DNA from: Candidatus Bathyarchaeota archaeon | Lineage (GTDB): Archaea > Thermoproteota > Bathyarchaeia > Bathyarchaeales > Bathycorpusculaceae | NCBI GenBank assembly: GCA_963832745.1 | Contig: CAWHVC010000005.1 | Coordinates: forward strand, 320,001-384,000 | Direction of reading: 5' to 3' | Length of the DNA stretch: 64,000 nucleotides | Shown here: piece after piece, positions 28,523-37,283 of the stretch | How the letters are laid out: the number at the start of each line of letters is the position of its first letter | Numbering within the stretch: position 1 is the stretch's first letter | Translations under genes and position numbers: made by a program | The notes under the pieces: model-generated | What the model saw: only the letters and a program-made list of their open reading frames with translations | What the model was told of the DNA's origin: nothing | Databases searched by the model: none

Positions 28523-29578
28523 TTAGGCGCTTGTGTAGCGTTTGAATTCTAATTCAGCGTTTTCCAGTGAAGTCATTTGTGGTGGTCGTTTAAATCCGTA
28601 AGCGCTAATTGCTTCAACTGCACCCTTCTCTTTCTTTGTTAACGCTACCTTTGCTGCACGAACAACATCCATTAGGACGCTGCCTGCGTTTGGTGCGTCT
28701 ACTGTTTGGAATTTAAGGTCAATCTTCATGGGTGCATTGCAGAAGTAAACGCCTTCTATGTAGAAGTAACTGTCACGCTTATTCTGCAGGAAATCTACGT
28801 AGTCGGTTGAGCCTGCAACGATTTGGGTTTTGTAGGGTAATGCTGAAGCGACGGATTCTGTTTTGATTGCGCGTTTTGTTTCTTTTGTGCGTTCAAGGGT
28901 GTCAATGGATTCTGCGCCGCCGCCGACGTCAAGCTGGTATGTTTCAGTGATTTTTACTCCGCTGTCAGAGAGTAGTTTTAGCAAGGTTTTATGCAGGGCG
29001 GTTGAGCCGACTTGGTCTACTAGGTCGTCGCCGATGAGTGGTAATCCTGCTTTTTCAAACTGTTTTGCCCATTCTGGGTTGCTTGCTATAAAGTTGGGTG
29101 TAGCGTTAATGAATGCGCACCCGGCTGCGATGGCTTGTTTGGCGTAGTATTCGGTTGCTTTGATTGCTCCGCTTGGAAGCAAGTTTAGAACCATTTCTGT
29201 CTCGGAATCTTTAAGGACTTTAGCTACGTCAACATCAGGTTTGTTGCTTGCGTGAACAATATCTTTTGTTGAAACGCCGACTCCGTCGAGGAGTGGACCC
29301 TTATTTACTGTTACACCGGTTTTTGGTACTTGGGCTACTTTAGGGGTATTGATTGGTTTAGCGTAAATTGCTTCTGAAAGGTCTAATCCGACTTTACGTT
29401 CATCCACGTCAAAAGCTGCGACAACTTTGATGTCGCTTGGACTAAAACCTGCCAGTGTTGGATTACGTAAACCAACAAATTCTTCTGGCTTCACTGCCTT
29501 CCCGTAATACTGTAAACCTTGAAGGAAAGCTGAAGCGCAGTTTCCAACGCCGATTAATGCAACTTTAACTTTTGGCAC
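28523..29578 (-). CDS. ino1: myo-inositol-1-phosphate synthase
   Basis: IGVGNCAS, AAFDVD.RKVG.D, FINATP, GDD, YQLDVGG, DAPNAG, SAYGFKRPP. Confidence 0.9.
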   Translation of the reverse strand: MPKVKVALIGVGNCASAFLQGLQYYGKAVKPEEFVGLRNPTLAGFSPSDIKVVAAFDVDERKVGLDLSEAIYAKPINTPKVAQVPKTGVTVNKGPLLDGVGVSTKDIVHASNKPDVDVAKVLKDSETEMVLNLLPSGAIKATEYYAKQAIAAGCAFINATPNFIASNPEWAKQFEKAGLPLIGDDLVDQVGSTALHKTLLKLLSDSGVKITETYQLDVGGGAESIDTLERTKETKRAIKTESVASALPYKTQIVAGSTDYVDFLQNKRDSYFYIEGVYFCNAPMKIDLKFQTVDAPNAGSVLMDVVRAAKVALTKKEKGAVEAISAYGFKRPPQMTSLENAELEFKRYTSA

Positions 29579-29881
29579 TTCTTTGGCACCTGCTTAGCTT
29601 TCATATTTACGCCAGCCCTTATAAAAAGCTACGCCGCAACCCCGCAATTAAAAGTAGAAAGGCAAAGAAAAACGGCGGTTTCCAACAGGCTGCTAGGAGG
29701 TTTGGGGTTTCTGTTGCACATTTTTTTCTAATATCCCCCTGTTTTGATGGGTTTGTTTTGGGTTGCTTTTTTGAATCCGTGTTTGCTTTGGTTGCTGGGC
29801 ACGTCAAGGAAAGGCGGCAAGCGTCAACAGAGGTCAATTGACGTTAAAAGAAGCAACGAAAGGCAATGAACAACGCAATAA

Positions 29882-29935
29882 GGGTCGGGCACTAGCATGA
29901 CCCATTCAAGTGGGCTAAAGCATTTATCACATCCC
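29882..29935 (-). ncRNA. candidate C/D-box-like small RNA
   Basis: GGG...CCC termini, box-C-like GUGAUAA, box-D-like CCGA, internal CCCA/UGGG hairpin; TTTATA ~30 nt upstream. Confidence 0.3.
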
Positions 29936-30033
29936 AAACAAGAAACCAGCACCCCAACGGCTCCTATAAACAATTTTGCGCCTGAAAAACGCTTTTTTAG
30001 AAAGCTTTTTGATTCAATATTCAAAAAATAAAC

Positions 30034-30840
30034 TTAATGCCTAACTTCATGCTCATGTTTCAAGTTAGCTTTTCGATACCTAAATACTACAATAGCGAAA
30101 ACTGAAAAAAGCAAAGGCAGAATCACCAACAATGACAATTCTGGAGCAGTTATAGTGACTTTACCGTCAGGTACACTCACCGTCTGTACTTCGCTCCATC
30201 CGCTTGATTCCCCAATGTAAACGTAATAGGTTTCAAGACCCACTGGTGTTACATATTTTGATGCGCTTGTGTATCCAATAAAAGCCTCTACTTTAAAGTC
30301 AATTTGACCGCCATCTTTGATTTCCCCGAAGGATGGTGGAATATAAATTGACTTATATTCTCCAGAGTCAAAAGGAAAGTGGCCAAAACCAAATTGAACC
30401 TTGTTTATTCCATCCTTTGAAGCCTGTAAATACTGGCTATCATTGCCGTAAAAGCCATAATCAGGAAGAAAATAATTCCAGCTTGACTCAAAATGCCCTT
30501 TGTAAGCCACTCTAAAATACAAACTTACAAAATTGCCTTGAACAGAATAATCATCTAATTTTTGAGTATAAATGGTCAAATCAATAGTCCCATTTTGAAC
30601 AGAATGCCCCTCTTTTCCCTCGGTTATCAAATGTTTTTCGCCTGTATAAGGGTCAGTATAGTAAGAAGGAGTTGTAGCTGGCTCATAATATGAATGGTCA
30701 TTTACCGTTATAGTAAATTCTGGTACAGACGGTTTGGGTATTGTTTGGGCATTTGCAGTTTTAACAATCGACACTGTTAGACATGACATAGCAACAATCA
30801 GAGCAAGGATTAATGCGGAAGCTTTGCCGATTTTACCCAT
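30034..30840 (-). CDS. exported protein with C-terminal PEL-TM-basic tail
   Basis: signal peptide; IPKPSVPEFT N-terminus; SGWS motif; APELSLLVILPLL...RYRK. Confidence 0.75.
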   Translation of the reverse strand: MGKIGKASALILALIVAMSCLTVSIVKTANAQTIPKPSVPEFTITVNDHSYYEPATTPSYYTDPYTGEKHLITEGKEGHSVQNGTIDLTIYTQKLDDYSVQGNFVSLYFRVAYKGHFESSWNYFLPDYGFYGNDSQYLQASKDGINKVQFGFGHFPFDSGEYKSIYIPPSFGEIKDGGQIDFKVEAFIGYTSASKYVTPVGLETYYVYIGESSGWSEVQTVSVPDGKVTITAPELSLLVILPLLFSVFAIVVFRYRKANLKHEHEVRH

Positions 30841-30879
30841 ACTTAATATCAGGCATGAGCAGGCGATAAAAGGCTATTC

Positions 30880-30922
30880 GTAAGCATTTCTTTACTAAAC
30901 CAAGTCAACATTTACTGACTAA
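30880..30922. promoter_or_regulatory. tandem GTCAA-N6-TTGAC-type sites upstream of 30840
   Basis: GTAAGCATTTCTTTACTAA and GTCAACATTTACTGACTAA, 24-bp period, just upstream of the minus-strand TTTTAT. Confidence 0.55.
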
Positions 30923-30976
30923 AAAATAGATTAGCCCAATCAGCGAATTGTGTTCAGTTTGGCGTTTTTCCGTAAA

Positions 30977-31112
30977 CACTGGTTTTCAACATATTAATGG
31001 CGCAAAAAACAGCCAATACGACCTACCCCCCTTAGGGTTTCTGTAAAAGCGCTGTTTTCTACCTACCCCCTATAGGTTCCTGCAATGAGTTTCTATTAGG
31101 ATCCAAATAGGC
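30977..31112 (+). repeat. dispersed intergenic element, copy 3 (two C-string boxes)
   Basis: TTTTCAACATATTAATG...ACCTACCCCCCTTAGGGTTTCTG...ACCTACCCCCTATAGGTTCCTGCA...TTTCTATTAGGATCCAAATAGGC. Confidence 0.85.
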
Positions 31113-31116
31113 TGGG

Positions 31117-31242
31117 CTAACTGATAGCTTCAAAACGTTTCCCGCAACCGTCACATTCGTAATCTTCTATCTTAAACATGAACGTCTCCAGCGTACGCAC
31201 TGGCTTGGCTACATTTTTGCCGCATCGAGGACAAGGCACCAA
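31117..31242 (-). CDS. unannotated 41 aa zinc-ribbon protein
   Basis: translated by hand: MVPCPRCGKNVAKPVRTLETFMFKIEDYECDGCGKRFEAIS; TTG start after GGGGTG. Confidence 0.7.
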   Translation of the reverse strand: MVPCPRCGKNVAKPVRTLETFMFKIEDYECDGCGKRFEAIS

Positions 31243-31259
31243 CAACTACACCCCGCGGG

Positions 31260-31406
31260 TTACTGGCTGCTGACCTCAACCTTACGGATTTTACAGCACC
31301 AAGGAATCAACGCTTCCTTTCGGATGTCCTTCACAATCTGCTCATTCGAAGCCTGACTTGACTCATAACCTAACTCTATCTCAATAACTGCCTTTTTAGT
31401 TAACAT
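31260..31406 (-). CDS. unannotated 48 aa protein
   Basis: MLTKKAVIEIELGYESSQASNEQIVKDIRKEALIPWCCKIRKVEVSSQ; AGGAG SD; co-oriented with 31117-31242. Confidence 0.6.
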   Translation of the reverse strand: MLTKKAVIEIELGYESSQASNEQIVKDIRKEALIPWCCKIRKVEVSSQ

Positions 31407-31500
31407 GTTTTCGGTCTCCTGTGTTTAGTAATATATTCTTAACTTATTCTTAACTTTTTTTATATTTATCCTCAACTTGATTGCTACGTTGATTAGGGCT

Positions 31501-31773
31501 ATGGACTGGACCAAATACGCATGGCTAAAACGAGGCAAAAGACGACAAATAACGCTTGAAGTTTTCAGAAAATCCCCCATACCCCTATCAATAAATGATA
31601 TTCACCTGCGGACCAAAGTTGCTCTTTCTCAAGCATCTGCAACAGTCTCTGAATTGGAAAATAAAAAGCTAATCCAGTGCCTAAACCCTCAAGATAAAAT
31701 AGGCAAACTCTACCAAATAACACAAGAGGGCAAAGAACTCATAGACGGACTAGATAATTCGCAAAGAACATAG
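31501..31773 (+). CDS. small winged-HTH transcriptional regulator
   Basis: KRGKRR..L, ALSQASATVSELENKKLI.CLNP..KIGKLYQITQEG. Confidence 0.8.
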   Translation: MDWTKYAWLKRGKRRQITLEVFRKSPIPLSINDIHLRTKVALSQASATVSELENKKLIQCLNPQDKIGKLYQITQEGKELIDGLDNSQRT

Positions 31774-31976
31774 TTATTTGCAGGTTAACACGTAAACTTT
31801 TGATTTACGAACAGGCAAATAACACGATGACAATCCATTAATCAAATTAAAAACATGTTAATTGTTTGAAAAATTTTCCAAAATATTATCATTTACTTTT
31901 CAATAACAATTTTAAATGTAAAAAATAAGACAACTTTACACTAATTTTATTAATAAAATAAAATATTAATTACTTC

Positions 31977-32522
31977 ATGGGTGAACGCTGGATTGCCACG
32001 GATTCAAATGTTTCTAATGAAGACTTTGAAGAATCTAGGCGCACACTTCTCAACACTTATCACGCCGCTGTTCAAAACCACGTGGGTTATCTTATTGCAC
32101 TTATTATTGGCTTTATAACAGTTCCTTTTTATGCAGAACCGTTCCTGAGTAGCTATACTATAGCTATTTACTTAGGAATCATTTTTTTGATGTTCCTGGA
32201 TTTACTCAGGATTTTTTATTGGTCAAACTTTCTCAGTCTTGCCATAACTACATCGAAAAAACGAGCGTTAGATCATTTTAACAAAGTTAATCTTGAGATA
32301 GGGGTTCCATACCCCAAAAGCAATGTTGCACCTTCAACTGCAATCCTTCAATACTCCATTAAAGAAAGTCTGTTAGAAGCAATTGCTCAAGATAAATCAC
32401 GTAAAAGACGACTGGCAATTTGGGTTCAATTATTTTTTTCCCACAATCTGCCAAATAAAAAGAAAAGCGAAAAAAAAGGAATGCAAGTGCCAATTCCTGT
32501 GATTTCAAAACAAGCAAACTAA
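31977..32522 (+). CDS. hypothetical membrane protein (AT-rich)
   Basis: two hydrophobic helices; AT-rich flank. Confidence 0.5.
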   Translation: MGERWIATDSNVSNEDFEESRRTLLNTYHAAVQNHVGYLIALIIGFITVPFYAEPFLSSYTIAIYLGIIFLMFLDLLRIFYWSNFLSLAITTSKKRALDHFNKVNLEIGVPYPKSNVAPSTAILQYSIKESLLEAIAQDKSRKRRLAIWVQLFFSHNLPNKKKSEKKGMQVPIPVISKQAN

Positions 32523-32637
32523 CCTAGAAATAAAATTTACTTAGAAGACAAGGGTATATTCTTGCTTGAAGGGTTGTATCTTTTTGTCGTTACCCTTTTG
32601 CCGTTTACGATTTTTGTTGCTGAGTTGATGTTTGTGG

Positions 32638-33153
32638 TTATTGTTCTTGTGTTTCTATGGCTACTTCGTTTCTGCGTAGGAATCCGGGTATGTATGGTGG
32701 GTTGTATAGCATTGTGAAGGTGTTGCCTTTGGTTTTGATTCCTGCTTTTGTTAGTTCGTTTAGTAGTGTTTGTGTTTCTTTTTCGAAGTGTTTTTCTGAC
32801 CATCCGCCGGAGAAGCATATGGCTGCAACTGTTCGGCTGGGGATTTCCACGATTTGTACTCGGTTGTCTAACGGTTCAGGTACCGTGTCGATGGTTAACT
32901 CTTTTGGCATTACAAAAGCCATTGAGTTGTCCTCTGACAGGACGGGGGAGGTCATCTTAATTTTTTCTGAAACAACAGGACTGGTCATTTTGACTTTCTG
33001 TTTTCTGGAATTGTTACCGGTTATGAAATTGTAAAGCAGACTAAAGGCGTCGGCTTGGGGGTCGGTTACTTTGGCGACAACGATTTTGGGGTATCTTCTA
33101 ATTTCCACGTTACCTACTTCACAGACAACTTCATACTTTATAGTTTCAACCAA
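32638..33153 (-). CDS. SOUL-family heme-binding protein
   Basis: EIRRYP, AFSLLYNFITGNN, KMTSPV, MAFVMP, YNPP..PGFLRRNEV. Confidence 0.9.
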   Translation of the reverse strand: MVETIKYEVVCEVGNVEIRRYPKIVVAKVTDPQADAFSLLYNFITGNNSRKQKVKMTSPVVSEKIKMTSPVLSEDNSMAFVMPKELTIDTVPEPLDNRVQIVEIPSRTVAAICFSGGWSEKHFEKETQTLLNELTKAGIKTKGNTFTMLYNPPYIPGFLRRNEVAIETQEQ

Positions 33154-33223
33154 AACATTCGCCTTCAACTTCACTAAATAATGTGATAATTGAATTAATT
33201 TAACCACTTTTACTGTTTACCGC

Positions 33224-33703
33224 TTAGGGCGATTTCAAGCCTCTCTCAGCCGTTACATTGTACAGTTTCACAATGAGCATTTCTTGGTCTTCATTAAGTA
33301 TGCCCCAACCCTCCTTGCCATCAAAACCGTGTGCAAACAAGAATTGCGGCGAAAGCTTCTCCTTGCCTGTCTCAGCCATTTTTTCGATAACTTTTCTTTT
33401 TTCCTCTGAATCTTGCACAGCCTTCAACGTGCCATACAAAAGAACAAAACAGTATTCGCTGAAATCAGGCTTATAATTTTCAATTTCCACACAGACCTGT
33501 TTGCCTTCACTAAGAAAGCTTATTTTGTCCCCGTAATTGGTGAAGTGAAAATACAGGTGGCTGTCCATGTACACGTATTGGAAAGGGGATATTTGTGGGC
33601 CATCTTTGCCGTTGAAGGCTATTCTGCAGAGGTATTGGTTACGGATTGCTTCTTCTATTTCGTTTTTATTCATTGATGGCAGTTTTATCAGATTCAAATT
33701 CAT
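33224..33703 (-). CDS. pyridoxamine-5'-phosphate oxidase-like flavin-binding protein (split barrel)
   Basis: LCRIAF, P.ISPFQYV, LYFHFT..GDK, VCVEIE. Confidence 0.8.
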   Translation of the reverse strand: MNLNLIKLPSMNKNEIEEAIRNQYLCRIAFNGKDGPQISPFQYVYMDSHLYFHFTNYGDKISFLSEGKQVCVEIENYKPDFSEYCFVLLYGTLKAVQDSEEKRKVIEKMAETGKEKLSPQFLFAHGFDGKEGWGILNEDQEMLIVKLYNVTAERGLKSP

Positions 33704-33822
33704 TCTTCCCCGCTAAACAGTAAAACGCTTCCATAGCTTCATTGCAAAAAATTATAAATAAGTTTAACGAAACTGTATACTTGAGGCTTATTTGTTTATA
33801 TTGATACAAATGAGGCTTTTTT

Positions 33823-34647
33823 ATGGATTACAAGGAAAGGCAAGAAATAATTTCCAAGTCGCCGATTTCTTTTAGTTACCTGAAACGTATCAACATTGCC
33901 GCGGGAATCCTTCATTTAATACAAGGATTACTTATGCTTTCACTTGGCTTATTAATAAGCTGGACACAAGATATTTACACGTTCTACCTAAACTTCAACA
34001 TAATAAGCACAAACCCCTTCACATTCCAAGTAGTTCCAAACCCCCAAATAGTTTTCACCATAAGCTATTTAGGCGTAATTTTAGCGTCTTTCCCATTAAT
34101 TTCCGCAATAGCCCACTTCACAATAGCCTTTCCCAAAAACAAGCAATACAACCAAAACCTCTCAAAAGGCATGAACCCTTACCGTTGGTGGGAATACGCG
34201 TTTTCAAGCACAATCATGATTGTTTTAATTGCAACTTTTGTAGGCGTCTGGGACCTTTGGTCACTAGTACTAATCGGAATACTAAACGCGTCAATGATCA
34301 TGTTTGGCCACCTAACCGAAAAAATAAACCAAAAAACCGAAAAAACAGATTGGTCCGCATACCTGTACGGTTGCATAGCAGGCGGCACACCATGGATTGT
34401 TCTGTACGCCTACTTTATTGCCGCTTTGGGTTCAACTGAAACACAGCCTCCAACTTTTGTCTACTTCGTTTTGCTGATTTATTTTGTCCTGTTCAACTCG
34501 TTTGCGGTAAACATGCTTCTGCAGTACAAAGGGGTTGGCAAATGGAAAGATTACCTGTACGGCGAAAGAGTCTACATTATACTAAGTTTTGTTGCAAAAA
34601 CCTTCTTGGCATGGATAGTTTTCATAGGCATTTTCGCGCCCTTCTAA
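33823..34647 (+). CDS. heR: heliorhodopsin
   Basis: 7 TM; ILHLIQG, SAIAH, NPYRWWEYAFSS, GERVYIILSFVAK with retinal-binding Lys. Confidence 0.95.
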   Translation: MDYKERQEIISKSPISFSYLKRINIAAGILHLIQGLLMLSLGLLISWTQDIYTFYLNFNIISTNPFTFQVVPNPQIVFTISYLGVILASFPLISAIAHFTIAFPKNKQYNQNLSKGMNPYRWWEYAFSSTIMIVLIATFVGVWDLWSLVLIGILNASMIMFGHLTEKINQKTEKTDWSAYLYGCIAGGTPWIVLYAYFIAALGSTETQPPTFVYFVLLIYFVLFNSFAVNMLLQYKGVGKWKDYLYGERVYIILSFVAKTFLAWIVFIGIFAPF

Positions 34648-34702
34648 CATCCGCTTTTTCTATTTCAAACCTAAAAAAGAGACAAAAAAAGTCAAATGAA
34701 AA

Positions 34703-35440
34703 TTAGTTTGCGAGATCATATCCTCTAGCCGTAACCATCTTACCGTTAACAACCTTAGTCGCCGAGTTGCCAACTACGATGAGTGGTTAGCATGTCAATG
34801 TTTTCATTAAGTAGGTTTTTCAGTGCCGTGATTTTTGCTTCTTGACCTTCACGCCCCGCCTGCCTTACGATGCCAACTGGAGTATCTGGCTTGATGTATT
34901 TCATCATTATTTCGTAGGCTTTTGTTAAAGGTTCGGTTCTACCTTGACTTTGCGGGTTATAAAGCACTATAGACATGTCTGCTTGTGAAGCCAACTCGAG
35001 ACGTTTCTCAATCTTCTCCAATGGTGTAAGCAAGTCGCTAAGGCTGATGACGGCAAAATCGCTAATCAACGGCGCACCAAGAATAGCTGAGGCAGCGGTT
35101 GCAGCAGTTACACCCGGAATAACTTCAACGGGGCACTTGGTTTTTTCTTGAGCAGCAACTTCCAAAACTACGCCTGCCATGCCGTAAACGCCGGGGTCGC
35201 CACTGCTGATCATGACAACTTTGTATTGCTCATCGGCTTTCATTACGGCGATTTTAGCGCGTTCCACCTCTTTGCCCATAGTGCCAGAAATAATTTCAGC
35301 ATCTTTGCGGACGATACCCTCGATAAGTTTGATGTACGTGCCGTAACCGACAACCACGTCAGCTTCTTCAATTGCCGCTCGTGCCTTAGGCGTCATGTGC
35401 TCAAGGCTGCCAGGGCCTATGCCAACTACGCTTATTCGCC
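34703..35440 (-). CDS. cbiH: cobalt-precorrin-3B C17-methyltransferase (frameshifted near 3' end; start unclear)
   Basis: VVGIGPG, SSGDPGVYGMA, ISLSDLLTP, LYNPQS; the C-terminus IVVGNSAT...MVTARGY lies in another frame after 34781. Confidence 0.85.
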
Positions 35441-36517
35441 CTCGGCTATCGCTACAGTCGTTCCGTTTTGCTTGACTTTTTTGAGTATCAGTTTTGAATT
35501 CTTTCCCGCTATTATTAGTGCTGCTCGTTCGCAAACTCCTCCAACACCGATTTTTTCCTGAACCATTTCTGAGTCCATAGATAAATCGGGATGCTTTAAA
35601 CTACGAAGTGCATCCACGCTTAAAAAATCAAGCGGCGCACCAAACAGTTTAGCGGCATCCGCCATTGCAGCAGAATCACGCTTAATATCCACTGAAGCAA
35701 ACCTGTCAATCCGCCCCGTTGACAACCCGACGGTTTTCATAGCTTGGTTTACGGCTTCAACGAGGTGGTCGCAGTGGCTATCTTTGCGGCAACCCAAACC
35801 CACAATGATGCTTCGAGCCCGTAGGATAGTGAAGGGTTTGCCGAAATGGTCAATCTGCAACGGTTCCCGAGTTACAACTGCACCTGCCTCATAGCCCTCC
35901 AAAATTTGAACTGCCTCCTCACCATTGGCTGCCCGTTTGATTTCGTAACCGTTAATCACATCCGTTGGAATCCTAACGTCTCCAACCAAAACCAACGCCA
36001 CACTATCCCCATTAACAATCGCGGCGTTAACGGGCGCCAAGCTTTCAGGGTTTTCAATCGTTAAATGCAGAATCTTAGCAAGCTCATCAACACTCTGTTT
36101 CCCCAAGGAGTCCGACGCCGTAGTGATAACGGGTGTTGCACCTGTACCTTTAGCGATGATTCTGGTCAAAGCGTTAGCTCCCCCATAATGCCCCGCGAGC
36201 AGGCTAATGACAAATTTTCCGGATGCGTCAACGCCGATGACTGCGGGGTCAGTAAGCTTGCTTTCCAAATAGGGTGCAACTGCACGGATGGTTATTCCTG
36301 TTGCCATGACGGCGACGATAGCGTCGAGTTTGCAGTAGTTTTCTTTAATAAAATCCCCAAATTTAAGCTCCATCTCTGCTACGCCGGGTTGGCTGTACTT
36401 TTTAGGAGCAAAAACAGAAGAAATGAAACCCTCACAGTCAAGGGCTTTTTTGATGTTTAGGGCGGTTTCTACGCCACGCCGGGTTAAGGCGACTACAGCT
36501 ATGCCCTTAGGGTACAT
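35432..36517 (-). CDS. cbiG: cobalt-precorrin-5A hydrolase
   Basis: MATGITIR, DPAVI.VD, GHYGGAN, VITTASD, GLGCRK, GVCERAA. Confidence 0.92.
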   Translation of the reverse strand: MYPKGIAVVALTRRGVETALNIKKALDCEGFISSVFAPKKYSQPGVAEMELKFGDFIKENYCKLDAIVAVMATGITIRAVAPYLESKLTDPAVIGVDASGKFVISLLAGHYGGANALTRIIAKGTGATPVITTASDSLGKQSVDELAKILHLTIENPESLAPVNAAIVNGDSVALVLVGDVRIPTDVINGYEIKRAANGEEAVQILEGYEAGAVVTREPLQIDHFGKPFTILRARSIIVGLGCRKDSHCDHLVEAVNQAMKTVGLSTGRIDRFASVDIKRDSAAMADAAKLFGAPLDFLSVDALRSLKHPDLSMDSEMVQEKIGVGGVCERAALIIAGKNSKLILKKVKQNGTTVAIAEGE

Positions 36518-37283
36518 TGGCGTCTTCGCCTTTGCGGAAGCCAGTGGTAAATGTGGGGTCATACAACTTCGATAAATCATAGGCTTTTGGATTCATAACT
36601 TTTCCTACAAAAATCAAAGCCGTCTCGGTTATGCCCTGTGCTTTCACTTTCTCCGCAATGTCCCCAACGGTGCCAAGGACGATTTTCTGTTCAGGCCACG
36701 TAGCCTTATACACAACCGATACTGGGGTGTCTTTGGGGTAACCACCCTTTTCAAGGTCAACCATAACTTTGGCAATCTGTGGTGTACCAAGGAATATGAC
36801 CATTGTTGCTTGATGCTGCGCCAGTTTAATGATGCTTTCCGCTTCAGGCACTGGAGTTCTGCCAGCGGGGCGCGTAATAATGATGGTTTGGGAAATGTTT
36901 GGCAGGGTTAATTCTCGGTTCAAAGCGGCTGATGCACCAAGTAGGCAACTAATACCGGGAATACGCCAGTAACCAACCCCTTCCTTGTCAAGCCCATCCA
37001 TTAATTCTTGGATTGCACCAAAAAAGCTTGGGTCACCATCGTGCAGACGGACAACGTTTTTGCCTGCTTTGACGCCTGCAACCATTACTTTTATCATTTC
37101 TGGCAAACCCATTTTGGCGCTGTCATAAAGCTCTGCACCCTTTTTGGCGTATTTGAGGTATTCAGGGTTAAGTAGGGAGCCCGTGTAGACTACGATGTCT
37201 GCTTGTTCAAGGTAACGTTTGCCTTTCAGCGTAATTAATTCGGGGTCACCGGAACCTGCACCGATAATTACAACCTTATCCAT
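36507..37283 (-). CDS. cbiF: cobalt-precorrin-4 C11-methyltransferase
   Basis: GAGSGDPELIT, YTGSL, RLHDGDPS, ELTLP.ISQT, SKLYDP.F. Confidence 0.92.
   Translation of the reverse strand: MDKVVIIGAGSGDPELITLKGKRYLEQADIVVYTGSLLNPEYLKYAKKGAELYDSAKMGLPEMIKVMVAGVKAGKNVVRLHDGDPSFFGAIQELMDGLDKEGVGYWRIPGISCLLGASAALNRELTLPNISQTIIITRPAGRTPVPEAESIIKLAQHQATMVIFLGTPQIAKVMVDLEKGGYPKDTPVSVVYKATWPEQKIVLGTVGDIAEKVKAQGITETALIFVGKVMNPKAYDLSKLYDPTFTTGFRKGEDANVP

Noticed and set aside
29572-30024. Three short ORFs in the ino1 upstream gap
   Set aside because: Low-complexity, mutually overlapping, with no SD or recognisable motif.
30977-31112. Calling a replication origin at the repeat
   Set aside because: ORB resemblance is partial (no TCCA-N3-GAAA core), there is no cdc6 nearby, and copies are scattered; kept only as a hypothesis.
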